A stretch of 64,000 bases of DNA from Podarcis gaigeae (lineage: Eukaryota), in the NCBI GenBank assembly GCA_964106915.2, contig OZ066914.1. One strand, 5' to 3'. Position 1 is the first letter of the stretch; each line of letters opens with the position of its first letter. The notes beneath the pieces are model-generated. The model was not told the DNA's origin. It saw only the letters and a program-made list of their open reading frames with translations, and searched no databases. The position numbers and the translations under genes are program-made. This document shows, one piece after another, positions 13,042 through 27,100 of the stretch.

Positions 13042-14179
13042 CTACATTGGAAGACAAAACTATATCATTAGAGATCTTTGGATGTTCGCACAACTGCTAC
13101 ACAAAAAATATTATGATATTCCACATGGGAAGAACTGAAGGTTTGATAAGATTCAGGTTATATTCTGACTTCTTTCTTTTAAAAATGTATTGATGTATTT
13201 ATCTTATGTTACTCAGTATATTTAAGTCAAGTTTAGAGACCATGATCTGGCTTTCACGCAATACTAGATTAAACCATGGATCCTTTTGCTGTCATGCTAC
13301 CTAGGGATAAAACATGGTTGGGCTTAGTTATGTCTGAACCTGACCCTATTGTGTGTCTCATGCCAAATAAACCATGAGCCTGGAGCCAAGGTTTGATCTC
13401 GGCTTACCACTCATGATTTGTCTGGGGAAAGCAGAATACAAGGCTTGGATTGGATGTAATGCTAAGCCAAACCATGGTTTAGCCCTGTGGAGCTCAGCAG
13501 CAGCAGAACTGGGGAAAGAGTGCTGTGGTCGTAACCACGCCCCTGGAAACCTGCCTGTTTGTTTATTCACTAAATCCAGGTGAAGGGATTGAAGGTAAGA
13601 TCAGATTCACCCATCAGCTGATGAGAGAATGGAACTGTGCTTTCGAATGATCTCTCCTCTATGCTCCTCCTTCAAACCACCACGATTCGAAGGAGGAAAT
13701 TCAGGGTACCCAATAGTGTGCTGCAATCCTCCCATCAGCTGATGGACTGGTGGGAACTCACCTTGCTGGATCCAAGGAACAACTGGGAGCTTTGAGCTTG
13801 TTCTTTTGAAGTCCTACCCCTACACATTCACATACAGTGTCAGGTATAGGGTAATGGGTGGGGCTTCCTGAAAATGGCCTGGGGGACCACATTTGGTCTG
13901 CAGGATGTAAGTTCAACACTCCTGCGGTAATACAAAGTGTGAGTGATACGTATATATTTAAAGGTTTATTTGATTGGGATGATTACATGGTTTATTGGGT
14001 TGGATACTAGCCAAATGCATGCTCCCTCCTCACCTCTCCTCTTGTGCCCCTGGGGTAAGTGAAGCTACCTTTCTTAAACCACAGTTTCCTGTGGCATCTG
14101 AAGAAGGAAACTGTGGTTTATAGGCTCCCTCCAAACTAGCATATGATAGAAAGGCCTTAACCCACATTTGAATACCTAC

Positions 14180-14280
14180 ATCGATTATGACGCCCTTCTC
14201 CAAAAGGCTCTGCTTTTTTGCAGTCATCACAAAATAGTGGGTGCTATCTTTATAGTAAACAATATTCTCCAGGTCAATTC
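14180..14280 (-). CDS. MICAL2: MICAL2 coding exon 6 ([34 protein letters not shown]), 101 nt
   Basis: ttccctag|GA acceptor, GAT|gtaggt donor; visible in ORF 14030..14329. Confidence 0.96.
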
Positions 14281-15677
14281 CTAGGGAAGAAAGATATTTC
14301 ACACACAAAGCACCAGAAACACAATACATTCAACAAATGACAGTTTAAACCATAATTAAAATCAGCAGTGGTTAAGAGCTTGCAAACAAATGTCATGCTA
14401 TTACAAACGTACAATCTGCACAAGCATATCAGCTTGCCAGAGGAAATAATTCTCTTCCCTCTCCTCATGCTCTGCTGTGTGTGTTTATGGGGGGGGGGGT
14501 TCCTTCTGATCCCTTTGGAGCCAATTTTGCGGGAGTGCAGAACTAGAAGATGAGGAAAAGCCCTACTGTGCAAGCCCTTGCACATCGCTTCTGCTCACAA
14601 TATTTGTTAGGTGACTCCCGCCTTATACATTCTCTCAGAAAACAGTAATTACAAAGCCATAGATACCTCCCTAGGAAGGGAGTTCTAAACATGTGAGGCC
14701 ACCACCAAAAAGGCTCTGCCCCGGCACCTGTTGATCCCTCAGATCTTACTTGCATACCAAACAGCAGGTTCTCAGGTGCCAATTCTGAATTTCAGGCAGG
14801 TTTATAGCTGTGCAAATTTCTCCTTTATCTACTCAACATTTGGCACAAACCTGTTCCTTATTTTAGGAGCACAGAACAGTTGTAATGATTTGTTTACTTC
14901 AAAACTCCAATGCAGCTGGATCACAGCCAAATTGTATCCATCTCATGTTTATTTCAAAGAATACTGTGAATTAGCTCCTGTGCAGCTAATCAGCATGGTT
15001 TTCCAGTTGTGTATTTTAATAGCTTTTATAAAGGTCATCAAAACAATGGTCTACACTTCTACTTAGCTCTAACTGGTTTGAATTTGCTCACATCTACCAG
15101 GCTCCTAATTGTACATTTAATAAATGTCTACAGTGATGCCAAAAATGAGTATGAGTAACTGAGATATATTTACAACAGCAGCCGCAGCAACAACAAGAGA
15201 CTTCCTCTTGGTTCCTAAACTGCATTTTCACAGGAAGTTGATACTGCGAAGGTACATTGGGCTGAAAGATGGCCAGACCCAGCTCAAAACCAGTCAGTCA
15301 TGGCTCATGTTTCTTCAACTCTCAGAGTTAACAGCAGAGTTAACAGAGTCAAGCAGCATATAGCTAATCATACAGCAAGAAAAACAACAATAAGCCATAA
15401 AACATTGGCTAAATTCCATGCGCACCACACAGGCCTTAGGTACTCAGGGGGGAAAAATCTGTGCTATTGAAAATATTTGTGTACACTTTAAGAAAAAAAC
15501 ATGTAAGAGACGCAACTGGGGAAGGATAAGGATAAATATATCTGCTTTCAGTAGTCTGAAATGAAGTAACAGCCATCACTCAATTTAGTAACTGGTACAG
15601 AGCTGCTAGTGAGTTAGGTTCTCTTATTATTCTTTATTTTCCTTTGCCATGGAGATAAAAAAGATCAGATAACCCAC

Positions 15678-15833
15678 CTGTGTCTTCTTTCAGATCTTGG
15701 AAGAATTTTTGATTGAAGATGAAAGCAACACCACTGATCTCCTCCACCTTGGCTTCTGCTGTTGTATTTCTGTTTATAAAGTTGGCAGTGATTGCAATCG
15801 CCAGCTTTCCACGAAATTCCTTCCTCCTAAAGC
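15678..15833 (-). CDS. MICAL2: MICAL2 coding exon 5 ([52 protein letters not shown]), 156 nt
   Basis: tactag|GC acceptor, G|gtgggt donor; highly conserved MICAL sequence. Confidence 0.96.
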
Positions 15834-16386
15834 CTAGTACAGAAAAGCAACCGAACCATCATTCGTCTGCTGCTCAGCTCTAACCAAAGTATTTTCATAA
15901 GTTTAAGATGTAAAGCAAAAAGCAAAAATTAGCCATTTGTTCAACTGTTAGCTAATAACTGTAAAAATACAAACTTCTGGCAGTAGCTGGTTGATGGTTC
16001 TCAGTCCAAGATTATGTCTTTCTGGTACCTGTCTGGGGAAAAACTCATCCCCCACCCCAAATATTGTTTTTGAGGATCATAAATTAACATCAACTCCTAC
16101 GGTGTTGCTACTGTGCACACTTTCCTCATTCAATTATCCCAGCCAAATTCTGATTCATTGTATAATAATATCCTGCTTCACCTATTTCAAGTTCCTCCTT
16201 TCTGCTTCCCTATTACCTGTTTATTAGTTGAAACCACACCTGCTACAAAGTAGTTGCCTTATCACCCAAGGCAGATTCCTCATATTAGTCATCTTGCCAA
16301 ACCTCAATTCCTCTCCTTTTCCACCACAGGCATATTTTCATCTTTCAAAGCCTTTGTGAACGTTGTACTTACAACCCACTTAACAG

Positions 16387-16524
16387 CCAGGATGGGGATC
16401 CTGTGGCCCTCAAGACATTGCTTGACTACAATTCCCATCATTCCTGGTCATTGGTCATGGTGGCTGGGAGTGATGGGAACTGGAGTCCAACAACACCTGC
16501 AGGTCCGTAGGTTCCCCTTTCCTG
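16387..16524. mobile_element. Short hAT MITE related to the 8729 element
   Basis: gactacaattcccatca...tgatgggaactggagtc hairpin core; flanks CTTAACAG / CTTAACAC resemble an 8-bp TSD. Confidence 0.7.
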
Positions 16525-17933
16525 CTTAACACTTTGTGCTTCCATTTCTGCCCATTTTCTTCCATCCTCCGCCTTGAAGCCAGCCCTGTCTATCTTCCTT
16601 TGCTTCCGCATAACCCAATGCAGCATGGGTGCTGATGGGAGGTTTTTTCCCTTAAAAGTAAGAGCCACATGGAGAGTGATTTTCATGTGGGGAGATAAAC
16701 GTCTTCTCCATGCTGCAGTCCTAAAGTCCACATTCAATGTTAATTTTAAAAAAACACTGATGCTGTGGACTAGATATGCAATGAAATGTGCATCGGCCCC
16801 CATAAAGGGAGTCATGTTTCCCATGACACAGGGACCCAAACTTCTCATGATGTTCACCCGCATGATTTTCCCCCCTGTCCCAAGTGGTTTTGTTTTTGGA
16901 ATGAAGAACAACTCAACAAGCCTGACTCCCTTACTGGTTGCCCACACAAAATGCTCCCCTCCCACAATCTGGTTTCTCACCAGTGGGGAGGAAAGTTACA
17001 TGGAATACAGAGCCTCATGAGTCACTTGGGCTTAAGAACCCCTTAGAACTATTCAACAGGTTCAGTGCACCAATGTTTCCTAACTGTATAAAGAGCAGAG
17101 AGGAGATACACTTGTGTTCTCAAAAATGAAACTGGCATGCACCAGGGTCCTACAATTCCCCATGGCATCTACTCCCATTGCCTTTGGTGTTTCACTGGCA
17201 TTTCTTGATAAGCCAAATTTTTAAAAATCACCTAATTAAGTCCAATGGGAGTACATACTTAACTAGGTTGGTTCATGTGATATGGCTAGCAAGAACTGCT
17301 CAACTAATGTCTCATTGAGAGAAGCCGACTCAGAGGGTTGGAATTTTCCCTAATTATTATTTTGCAGCTATTGCAACAGAATATTCCTTTCCTTCAGCTG
17401 TTTCTTCTTCCTCAAATCCTTGCCCTAAGTGACTGTTCTTAAAATCTTATCTTCCTAATTATTCCTTCAGATATCTTCACCAGATCCCCAGCAGGCACTG
17501 TAGGTGATGATTATTTTGAATACACATGGCCTACAACACAAAATGTAGGCCATTGTTGACTTGCTTGTGCCGTTCCTGATAAAACCATGAAACCTTTCTG
17601 TCAGGTATTATTCCACAATGTAAAAAAAATAAAATAAAAAATCCACAAGCACAATGTGATACACAGCTGTTAATGTATTTTACGATGAATTGTGTTTTAA
17701 CTTGGTTTTTAATGCCACATTTTATAAACATTGTTAGCTGCTCTGGTTCTGTTTGAAGGCAAGTAGAATAAAAGCAATATATATGACAATAAAATGACTT
17801 TTAAAAGCAAGAATGTAACTTTTCTGTAAAAAACTAAAAAAGCAGTAATTTAAAACCAGTCATTATCCCACTCTACAGCCATTCCTGTAGTAAGAAAACA
17901 AGCAGGCATTTTGCTACAACTTTTACAACATAC

Positions 17934-18035
17934 CTTCCAAGCTGTTTCTGCGGCCATCGGCACCAATAACAACATCAAATTCATATTCTGACAAAGGATG
18001 ATCCATTGGGAGAAATTCAGCACGCCAACCTATTT
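17934..18035 (-). CDS. MICAL2: MICAL2 coding exon 4 ([34 protein letters not shown]), DG motif, 102 nt
   Basis: ctttcag|AA acceptor, G|gtatgt donor; GADG flavoprotein motif. Confidence 0.96.
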
Positions 18036-18685
18036 CTGAAAGGAGTAGGTCAGTCAGCCACACAAGTGGTCAAACAGTGAGTAATTCAAACTGCATTGTC
18101 AACACCTGTGGGCTCCATGTATCAGCTCCAAGCAACACGAGAGAGGTCCATGTAAAGACTGCACAGCACGGCCAGCCCTACCATGAGGTAAACTGAGAAA
18201 ATTACCTCAGGTAGCAAGAGGGCAGCATATTTAAACCGCAGCTCACATCCCTATTGTCACTGCCTGTTGTTCTGAGGAAAGGGGCCCTTCCACAGAGAGA
18301 GGCATACTAGGTTAGGTGGTCCATAGAAGCTAAACATTTTTTTTTAAAGTTAAAAGTTGCTAAAATAAAATTATGGTTTCACTAATTTTGAAGGAGAATT
18401 TCTAGCCGTGGAAGCAAAACCAAGGCAGTGCAATCACCCTCTTGCCCAGAAAACCTTGCTCCAGGCATCCTTGAACATATTGGAGAAAACATTCAAACTC
18501 CATCCAAGCAAACTGAACTGAAGTTTATTTGGCATAAGGTATAGCCAAAATGCCAATAGAAAGAGACCAAACAGATTTAAATTAAATGCGCTCACTCACA
18601 CCAAGCAGAATACCCAATTCTTTAAGGTTTAAACTGATCGCCTTATTTCTGTGCAATACTTTTCTTAACGAAAGTCATGCCGTAC

Positions 18686-18802
18686 TTTGATTTTCTTGAT
18701 CTTCAGGAGGTTCCAAAACTTTCACAAATTCTAAATTCACGTGGATTTCAACTCCCAACATAAGTGCAACCTTGAAGAGGATGAGCTGAAGCTGCCTAAT
18801 AC
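18686..18802 (-). CDS. MICAL2: MICAL2 coding exon 3 ([39 protein letters not shown]), 117 nt
   Basis: ttttgcag|GT acceptor, A|gtacgg donor; translated by hand, phase 1 to 1. Confidence 0.96.
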
Positions 18803-19805
18803 CTGCAAAAGAGAAACAATATGGTTATTTTAGGATGTGCATTAGTCAACATTTGAACGTATGTTTCATTGGAGTGGCAGATATACTTGTTTCCTAATAC
18901 AGTGAAGGCCTTCAGAAGAAAAAGCACTCCAATGTTGCTATTTTCAGTTTAGCCAACTGATTTGCTAATTCATGGTTTTCTTTCTCTTTTTTTTAAGTAT
19001 CCTGGATAACTTTACCAGCAGGGTAAAAGGATACCAGGAATCCACTATATACAAATCTAAGCAACTGCAATACACAGAGAGAAAGAGATTTAACTAGAAT
19101 AATTCTATGTTTTTTAAAAAATTAATTGGGTAGTACCTTAATCCATGCTGATCACAACTCACTAGCTCTCTCAGCTTATTTCGGTGTCTGTCTGTGTGTG
19201 TGCGCTTAAGAAATAGAAAAAAAGGTAGCTAACTTTTTTCAGTCCAACAGTCACAAAAGTGAGCATGAACACTCCACACCAACTCTCTCTCACATACAGC
19301 TATCTGATTTATCTATTGTTTTTTGTGACCTGCCTTGAGCTGAGGTTCTTGAGGAAAGATGGGATATAAATAAATAAATAATAAAACATAAATTTGAAAA
19401 ATGAGGGCTGTCAACTTAACCTTCTTGAAAATTTGAAGAAATGTGTTGGCATTCAATTTATACAAAACTTGCTAAAAATATGGGTAGGGGACACCTGCTA
19501 AAAGGAGTGGGATGCCATGTTCCGTTCTCTATATACTGAAACATTTCTTTCATCTTCTTCCAGATATACCCAGCATGGGCTGTTTCCTAGAGTGGATACA
19601 GGCTTCATCGGTTAAATCTGTTGTGATATACTGGTATACCATATCAGGAGAAGAGCTACAACCCTGCACAAGCTCAAATGAATTCAACAGAAGGTGTCTG
19701 CACACAGCTGTGTAGTGACCTACAACCAATATTCCTGCCGTGTAGCTAGAGAAGTATTCACACTGAACTTTCGTGCAATATCCATTCTTAGTTAATGATA
19801 CTTAC

Positions 19806-20013
19806 TAATGTGATCAATGGATCCTCCACAGAACTTTCCATAGAATTTCTTTGCTCCTAGGCTTCGAAGATCATGAATAGTAAAAGGCCAGAGGTGAAGC
19901 ACATTGTTTCTTGAAAAAGTGTCTCGTTTCTCCACAACAACGACTTTGGCTCCTAGAAAGGCAAGTTCTATGGCAGTCCGCAAACCACAGGGTCCACCTC
20001 CAACAATCAAACA
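19806..20013 (-). CDS. MICAL2: MICAL2 coding exon 2 ([17 protein letters not shown]...FCGGSIDHI), FAD-binding GxGxxG motif, 208 nt
   Basis: cctgcag|TGT acceptor, A|gtaagt donor; Rossmann GGGPCG motif; phase 0 to 1. Confidence 0.97.
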
Positions 20014-23000
20014 CTGCAGGAGGAAACAGAGAAGATATTAAGATATCTGAAAATATTTTATACATGTTTTGATACGATTTTAATTCATGATGCTCCACAA
20101 TCAGGAGATGATTTTGAGAAATCTTCTCATACATTCAATCCAAAACAAACTTAATCAAAAATTGGTCAATCAATTCAGAGTTGTGTTCTCGGACTCAGCC
20201 TTTCCACTGAGTTCCATGATGAAAGAAATGTGGGATAGAAATGTCCCAAACAAATAAAAACAAGACAAAGGGTCAAAATATTCTTACACTGGTTAACTAG
20301 TCCATTTAAGGATGATTGTTCTCCTGTAACCTTCCTTGGGACCTTAAGGAGAAGGGCAGGGCAAGGAATCTTACACAAATAATTAAAATGCAAAGCGGGC
20401 TTGGCTTAATTCTAGAGAACTTTCTAGGCTCTCCTTTTCAGAGCAGGAGTGTCAGCTTCTATCGTAAGAAAAGGTAGCAAATGACTCAATTATATGGATG
20501 GACAAGACTGAGTCCAGGATGCTATCAAGACTGGGAAAAGCAGAACAGTTGGCAGGAGTTTAGGAAGTTTTTGCAGTAAACTCTTTCTGATTAACATGAG
20601 AACTCCGAGTTAATGCATTTGCAGCTTAACAGTGGTACACGGTATTTTGTTGTAGTCAACAAATGCATACCATAAATGGTTTCATCCACTTTGAGTCCCC
20701 AAGCAAACAAAGATCTATGTATATAAACAATGGCAGTTACCAAAAGCGACTCATTCAAACATAGGCCTTCCAGTGAATAATGTCTTCATCCCTCCAGACA
20801 AGAGGAAAAGCCCCACCTATTTGCTCCAAAGCACTTCAGGCACAAAACCTTTTAAAGCCATAATCTGGGGTTACCATCTAGCAACGTATTTATCTTTGCT
20901 TCAAATGTATTTGCTCTTTGATTTATTTGTGAAGATCTCCTATTGAAGCACAGTTTACACATGGCAATGTACGGCTGATATTTAAATATTCTGGAGACAA
21001 AGCAGCAGGGCTCTTGACAACACTGAATTCAGGAGTGTTTAGACTTTTACCTATATTAAATTATGAAAAGGACAGAACAAGAATTGCGAAAGGAGGAAAG
21101 AAGCCAAGCCACTTAGAACTCAGGTTACATAAGGAAATAAATGCAACCACTGAGCTCTGCTTTTTAGAAACTTCTGGACTAGGCTAAAAATGCCAGACTT
21201 CCTCTTCTGATCCCAGCTGAGTCCACTCACAAGTAGTGGTAGGGTAGAGATAAAATGCTAAAGCAACCTGCAAAAAGCAGAACAGCTGGACAAAGGATCC
21301 CCTCCAGCACCATTCCTAGGATCTGTGCATGCAGCCTTCTGGTTCCTAGTGGCCTCGACCAACAGCTTGAGGTGGGAATGAATTTTGGCTTCAGTGCTTC
21401 TGGCTGAAGAGTTTGCCTCCCACCAGTTCACTCACTTCTGCTTGCTGGGTTGGAATTCAGAGAAGAGAAAGGCATTTTAAGAATGGCTTTGAAAACTACC
21501 TGCTGGCTTTTAAATTATGGTTATATTTATGCTATTGGTATACCCAAGCCAGCTGGAGGGCACTAGGTTTCCATCTCTGGTCTACAAAGACCATCCACAT
21601 GTTGATCACAACTAGACACAAGTCCAGTTCAAGTGTTGCCATGTGTGGCTCAGCAGTGGGAGCAAACAACCGAGCTCTACATTCCTCCACTCATCATTGT
21701 TCATCATTGTTTCCATCATCCTTCAACTCACTGAGGACAACTGTGTGGTATGGGAAGACTTGAGAAGACTTTCTACCCCCATTTCAGGATTCTGGAAAAG
21801 CAGGGTTCTAAAATGCTTAGATTTCACACGTACAGAAGGCTCCCTGCTTCAGAAGGTCACCTTTCATGAGTTGGACCGTGAGGTGACAGCATACTCATCC
21901 CCACTGCTCCCCCCACCTACATGTTTGCTGAGCACAACAAAGGTAATACACAAGTACTGAAGAGGTAATATGGAATCCGATTCATTACTCATTTGTAGTG
22001 ACTGCTATATATTCGGCTATTTAGTTTCTTTCTCTGATGTGGTTATAAATGGTTATATAGTTTCTTTCTCTGATGTGGTTATAAATACTGCTGCTTTTCA
22101 TGTGTATTTTAAGTGTATATTGTTCAACACTTTGATATTATTTGAGTAAGATTAGAAATAATCCAAAATAAAATAAGTAATCCATTTCAATTCAATGTAT
22201 TTTTTAACGCAGGTTAGTAAAAGTAAGGCAAAAATAGAGGCTCTAATTTTTGATTTGAAGTCAAGGAAAACATAAAAGAAACAGATTTCACTTCCTGATT
22301 TCAGCTTAGTACAGTACTCACAAGCCCTAACTATTTCTACCCACTTATAATCTTCATTAGATAAGCACTCAGATAATCCCCCCATACTCTATGAAAACCC
22401 CATATTGTCAATTTACTATGATACTAGGGTTGCCAAAGTAAAAAGTTGTTGAGCTTTCCCCCCCCCCCCAAATAAGCAAACAAATTAGTTCCTATAGGGC
22501 TTTTTGCATATATGTTGTTCAAAACCCATTATATTATTCCCAAGGGACGCTGGGAGATAAGAGATGGCCTGCAAAAGTTGTCATCACCATGGATCCCCCT
22601 CGCTCAAGTCCTCTGCATGTGCTAGAGAACTGAAGAGGTATCCCCATCTTGCTGGCTTTTAAAAATATATAAATTGCTCAACCCTCCAGAGATTTAGAGG
22701 GTGCAGAGGACGAGAGGAGAGGAGAACAGACATTATTTCTCTGCACTGGCCCTCTTTATAGGAGAGAACTACAGATGTCAAGCACGTCAGAGGCTGCACC
22801 TCAAGAGAACAAGAGCTGGGTCTGAATGGAAGCTGTTCCCCTTTTGCCATCCAGAGTGGTCTAGACATGATAGTTTCCTACTCCCCTGCAGGTATTTGAA
22901 TATTCCAGTTTCATATAAATCCATAATTTGATATTCAGTACAAAGCTAAACATCCTGAAAATCTCATACTTCATTTTGGTATACAGGTTTCTAATCCTCG

Positions 23001-24049
23001 TAGACTGCAAAGGTAAGTTTGAAACTATGTTGATTAATATTTTTCTAATTAACATTTGCATTACTGAACCTCCTTTTTATTTCCCTCGGGGAAAATCCTG
23101 CATTTTGCTGTTAATTTAGAAACCACTACCCAGAATGAAACATGCATGGACAATCAAGCCTATTGTAAGCTTTCACACAATTGTGTCCCTTCACCCACAG
23201 AAGGCTTTTAGCTCTAGTGGAGTTTGCAGAGAATGGACGGGAAAGCGTTGTATTCTCACAAGTTGCCATCATTTGATACAACTTTTATTGCATGATGGTA
23301 GAATACAGAAACTTGGGCAAACACTTTCTGGAGAGACTTCCAGCCTAAGTACTCAGTACCATCACGATAAAAGGCAATTACTTCACAGGATAAATTGAGA
23401 CTTCCATGGAATTAATCCAATTTGTTTCCAATGAACAGCAGCTGCTACAGCAACTAAAAAGGAGGCAGTTAAGCAATGCTTCAGTGAGAAGTCTCTAACC
23501 TCTGCCCTACAAGAGAGCTTTTTCATACTTTAACCCTATATGTAGAAATTGAAGAATTTTTGGCAGAAGTCTCTTCCAAAAGATTCATAAGACTTACTGC
23601 TCCTTCAGCTGATGCTTCTATTTTAGAACCTAAGCCAGTCAGTGGCAGACTGTGAATTATCATGAGTGAACTAAAATCCAATATAATTGCTTAATATAAT
23701 GTGAGAGATAATTCAAGAATCTATTTTTACTTTTAAATATTACTAATACCAGCTGCTCATCAGTTTTTCTTTGAAACACAATTAAAAACAAATCTAACTA
23801 GATTCATCAACACATAACAGTGTTTGAATACTATTTAGGGTATCAGACAACAAATCATTTATGTTAATAATCCTACTGAAAAGAAATCAATGAATCTGTT
23901 TCACGCATTTACAACTTGTTTGATACTTTATGAAACCTTTCCTGCCTGGACTGCCACCTTGTTGCTTGGAGATAAATGCAAGCAACTACTACACAGGCCA
24001 AAATCACTAGCAGGCATACCTCTTTATGACTGTCATTTGTAGGTACAGG

Positions 24050-24196
24050 CAGTGGCGTAGCGTGGGTTGTCAGCACCTGGGGCAAGGCAAGTAATTTGCA
24101 CCCCCTAACCCGTGGATTTGCACCCCCAAACCCTACCACCCAGATGTTGCGCCCGGTGCGGCCGGCCCCCCCTGCACCCCCCACGCTACGCCACTG
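24050..24196. mobile_element. hAT-type MITE (147 bp)
   Basis: 17-bp TIR CAGTGGCGTAGCGTGGG / CCCACGCTACGCCACTG; 8-bp TSD GGTACAGG (24042-24049 / 24197-24204). Confidence 0.92.
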
Positions 24197-27100
24197 GGTA
24201 CAGGTATGTCATGGGCACTGGGTGGAATTTAACATCACACTACTGCAAATGTTCTATCTGCACAAGTGTATCAGTTTGCCAGGCCCAATAACACCCCCCT
24301 TGCATGCTGTTCTGGGGGAGTTCTCCTGAAGAACAACCCCCTCCCAGCCAATTTCAGGAGGTGCAAGTGAATGGGAGAAGGAGAGAAGGGAATCCCCACA
24401 AGGGCTTCTGCTGAGAGGGTTCATTAGGTGAATCCCACCCACCCACAGAATTTTAAACATTATCCTCTCACACAAGGAAACAAATGTGATAATCTGAGCC
24501 ACCGGGGGGGGGGATCAGAATTCCACAATACTACCTTTAATTTACTCTAACAACATGTCCAGGCTATAAAGGTGTTTACACAGTTTGCAACCAGTAGAAT
24601 TAGTACTGCAACTACTGTATATGTATTTCAAAATGGGAAGTATAAAAGAGTGGCATGGCCAATTCAGAGAACTAAAATAACATGAAGGGAAAGCTTTGGC
24701 TGAGCAAGTAGCAGCATCTATGTGACAAGAACGCTAGCAAGGATAGGTTTCTGTTACAGTTGTTCAACAGAATCAGTGATCTGGACCTTGTGTGAATTCT
24801 CTCCACCACAAGAATAAGTTTTCAAAGCTCTACTGCAAGATTGTCCGAAATGCTAGTTACAATAAGTTAATCGTTACAAAATAACAAGGCAACACATTGC
24901 AAACAAGCAATGTGGTTCAGTCCTCGATACAGTTCAGTAAACTTTCCTCTCTCTGGACCCTGAGAGAGAACCTTTGAGCAACTGCTGTTGCAGCAGCAGC
25001 TGCTACTACATCTCCAACAAGCAGACACAGCTTCTTAACTTTCAGCTTCCTGCTGTGCAAGCTCTGCACTTCCTGTTTCCGAGTCATCAGGTAGCTTAAC
25101 TCATTGTAATGGAAAAATCCCAGCCTTCTCTGACGCTTTGGCCAGAGTGAAACTTTTTTGCTTAAGGTAATCTTCTCTTTCTAGCATTCCAAATAGAATG
25201 AATTCAAGCACGCATTTTAGGTACATTTAAACTTACAACTTTTAAGAGTTTCCTCCAACTGTGTTAACATACGAACAACGGAGGAACCATTCGGATCAGA
25301 CCAAAGGCCTATCTAGCCCAGCATCCTGTTTTCCACAGTGTCCAACTATATCCCACACCTAGGATAGGAGCACTTTCTACAGCCATACTGCCATCATGAC
25401 TACCAGCCACTGACAGCCTGATTTTCCATATTAATAATCCAGAATAATCCAGCCTTCAATTGGGGTTCCAGGGGAAGGTTCTGCAGCAACCCTTCAGGGA
25501 TGTAGGGTCTAATTATCCATATGCTGTGAAGCTTGAGCATGCCTTTTCCCTCCAAAAGGAGAATTTTTGTAAGGCAAAGGGCATTTTTATATGTGGTTAT
25601 TCAAAGAGTTCCAGTAGGTTACAATTAAACAACTGCAAAAAGAGAAAAAGTAGACCTGTACAAGGATCACAACATATGTAGTAGCACTGAAACTCTTATA
25701 TCACCTAGGTGTGCAAAAGCAAAGTCCTTTTTTTGTCACAAGACTACTTAAAGTGGCACAAGAAATGATGAGGCAAGTCAGACATGTTTAAATCAAAGAC
25801 TGGCACTCCTAGTTATTACAACATCCTTTGCCTTCAAGAAAATGACTGGACACACAGAGAGAAAGCCTGTCAAAAGGGTTAAGGAGAACAGAGCTATAAT
25901 AGCTTCACTAGTGAATCGCTTTTCAGCCTTTGAGCTAAGGTCAAGTGCAGTGAATTCTCATACTTGACATGGATGCTACTGATTGAGAACATACTTTGAA
26001 CATGAAAAAGAAGTAGGCTTTTTACAGAAGTAACAGCTCTGCTTCATTGAAACCCTTCTCTAACTTTCTGTTTCTATCCAAAACCTGATTCCTAAGCACA
26101 TTTATTTTTGAAAAATCACTTTCTGCCATAAATATAATGTGGTCCATTCTTTTGAAGGGAAACACTTACCATACAAGAGGTTTCAGCATGTTGCCATAGG
26201 AAGAAACACAACTCAGATCAAAATCATGGCTTATATATGATAATGAGTGAGCCTGAGTTCTACTCTATGCACTAGGGGAGAAAGTTCCTGCGTTTACATT
26301 GGTAGAAACAACAGTTACTTATTTTCAGTGGACTCAAGGAACTATAGTTTGTTCTAACCACACTTTTTAAACCTTGTTTTAACTATTGGTCCAGCAAGAA
26401 ACTTCCCTCATCATTTATTCATTACAATCAAGACAAACGGCATTTATCCCACCTCCCCAGTCTCAAATCTTTACCCCACATGATACATTGATGTCCCATC
26501 TCCACTATTGACTTCTCATTCATCACCTGACCTTGCTGTGTCTCCCTTCTAGAATGTGTTTTCTATGTAACACCTGGTAGATGGTGTTTTGATGTTCAAA
26601 AATCAACCCCACTTATTCTATTTTTAAAAACCCCTGAAAAAAAGTTAGCTGAACTGTCTGAAACCATAGCCAACTGCCTCACAGAATCAGAGTTGGTAGG
26701 ATATAAATTATATACTTACAAAGCATCTGTGCTATGCATATCTGCAGTGGTCTCATTACGCAATAATCAAATGCCAGAAAAAACTGTTCTCACTGATGTA
26801 ATTTAACCTAATTTAATGCTTTAAAACAATATGTACCAAGAGTCTAATACATCACTCCATTTTCAGAAAATTGAGTCTCCTATGTATCCTTTCATCACTG
26901 ATACTTGTCAAAACAAGAACTAGCTCCTTAAAAAAAACACCCTAATGCATGAAAACTAAGCCACAAGCCAATCCAAACACAAAAATTAAATGTGGTGTGA
27001 TTTTGTCCTTCTGCAAACATTTTTGTTCAAATGACTTAACAGCCTTTTGATCTACCAACCGCCAGAAAAGAAAATATATAGAGATACAGAACAAAAGGTG

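Noticed and set aside
16438-17046. ORFs of 148-180 aa on both strands
   Set aside because: They are intronic, partly overlap a MITE, show no recognisable homology, and are not needed for the MICAL2 frame.
20670-20679. CArG boxes (CCATAAATGG here; also 28217, 3895, and copies in transposons) suggesting SRF feedback on MICAL2
   Set aside because: About five CC(A/T)6GG matches are expected by chance in 64 kb at this base composition, so there is no enrichment.
22022-22086. 29-bp direct repeat with 36-bp period
   Set aside because: Ordinary local slippage duplication with no other structure.
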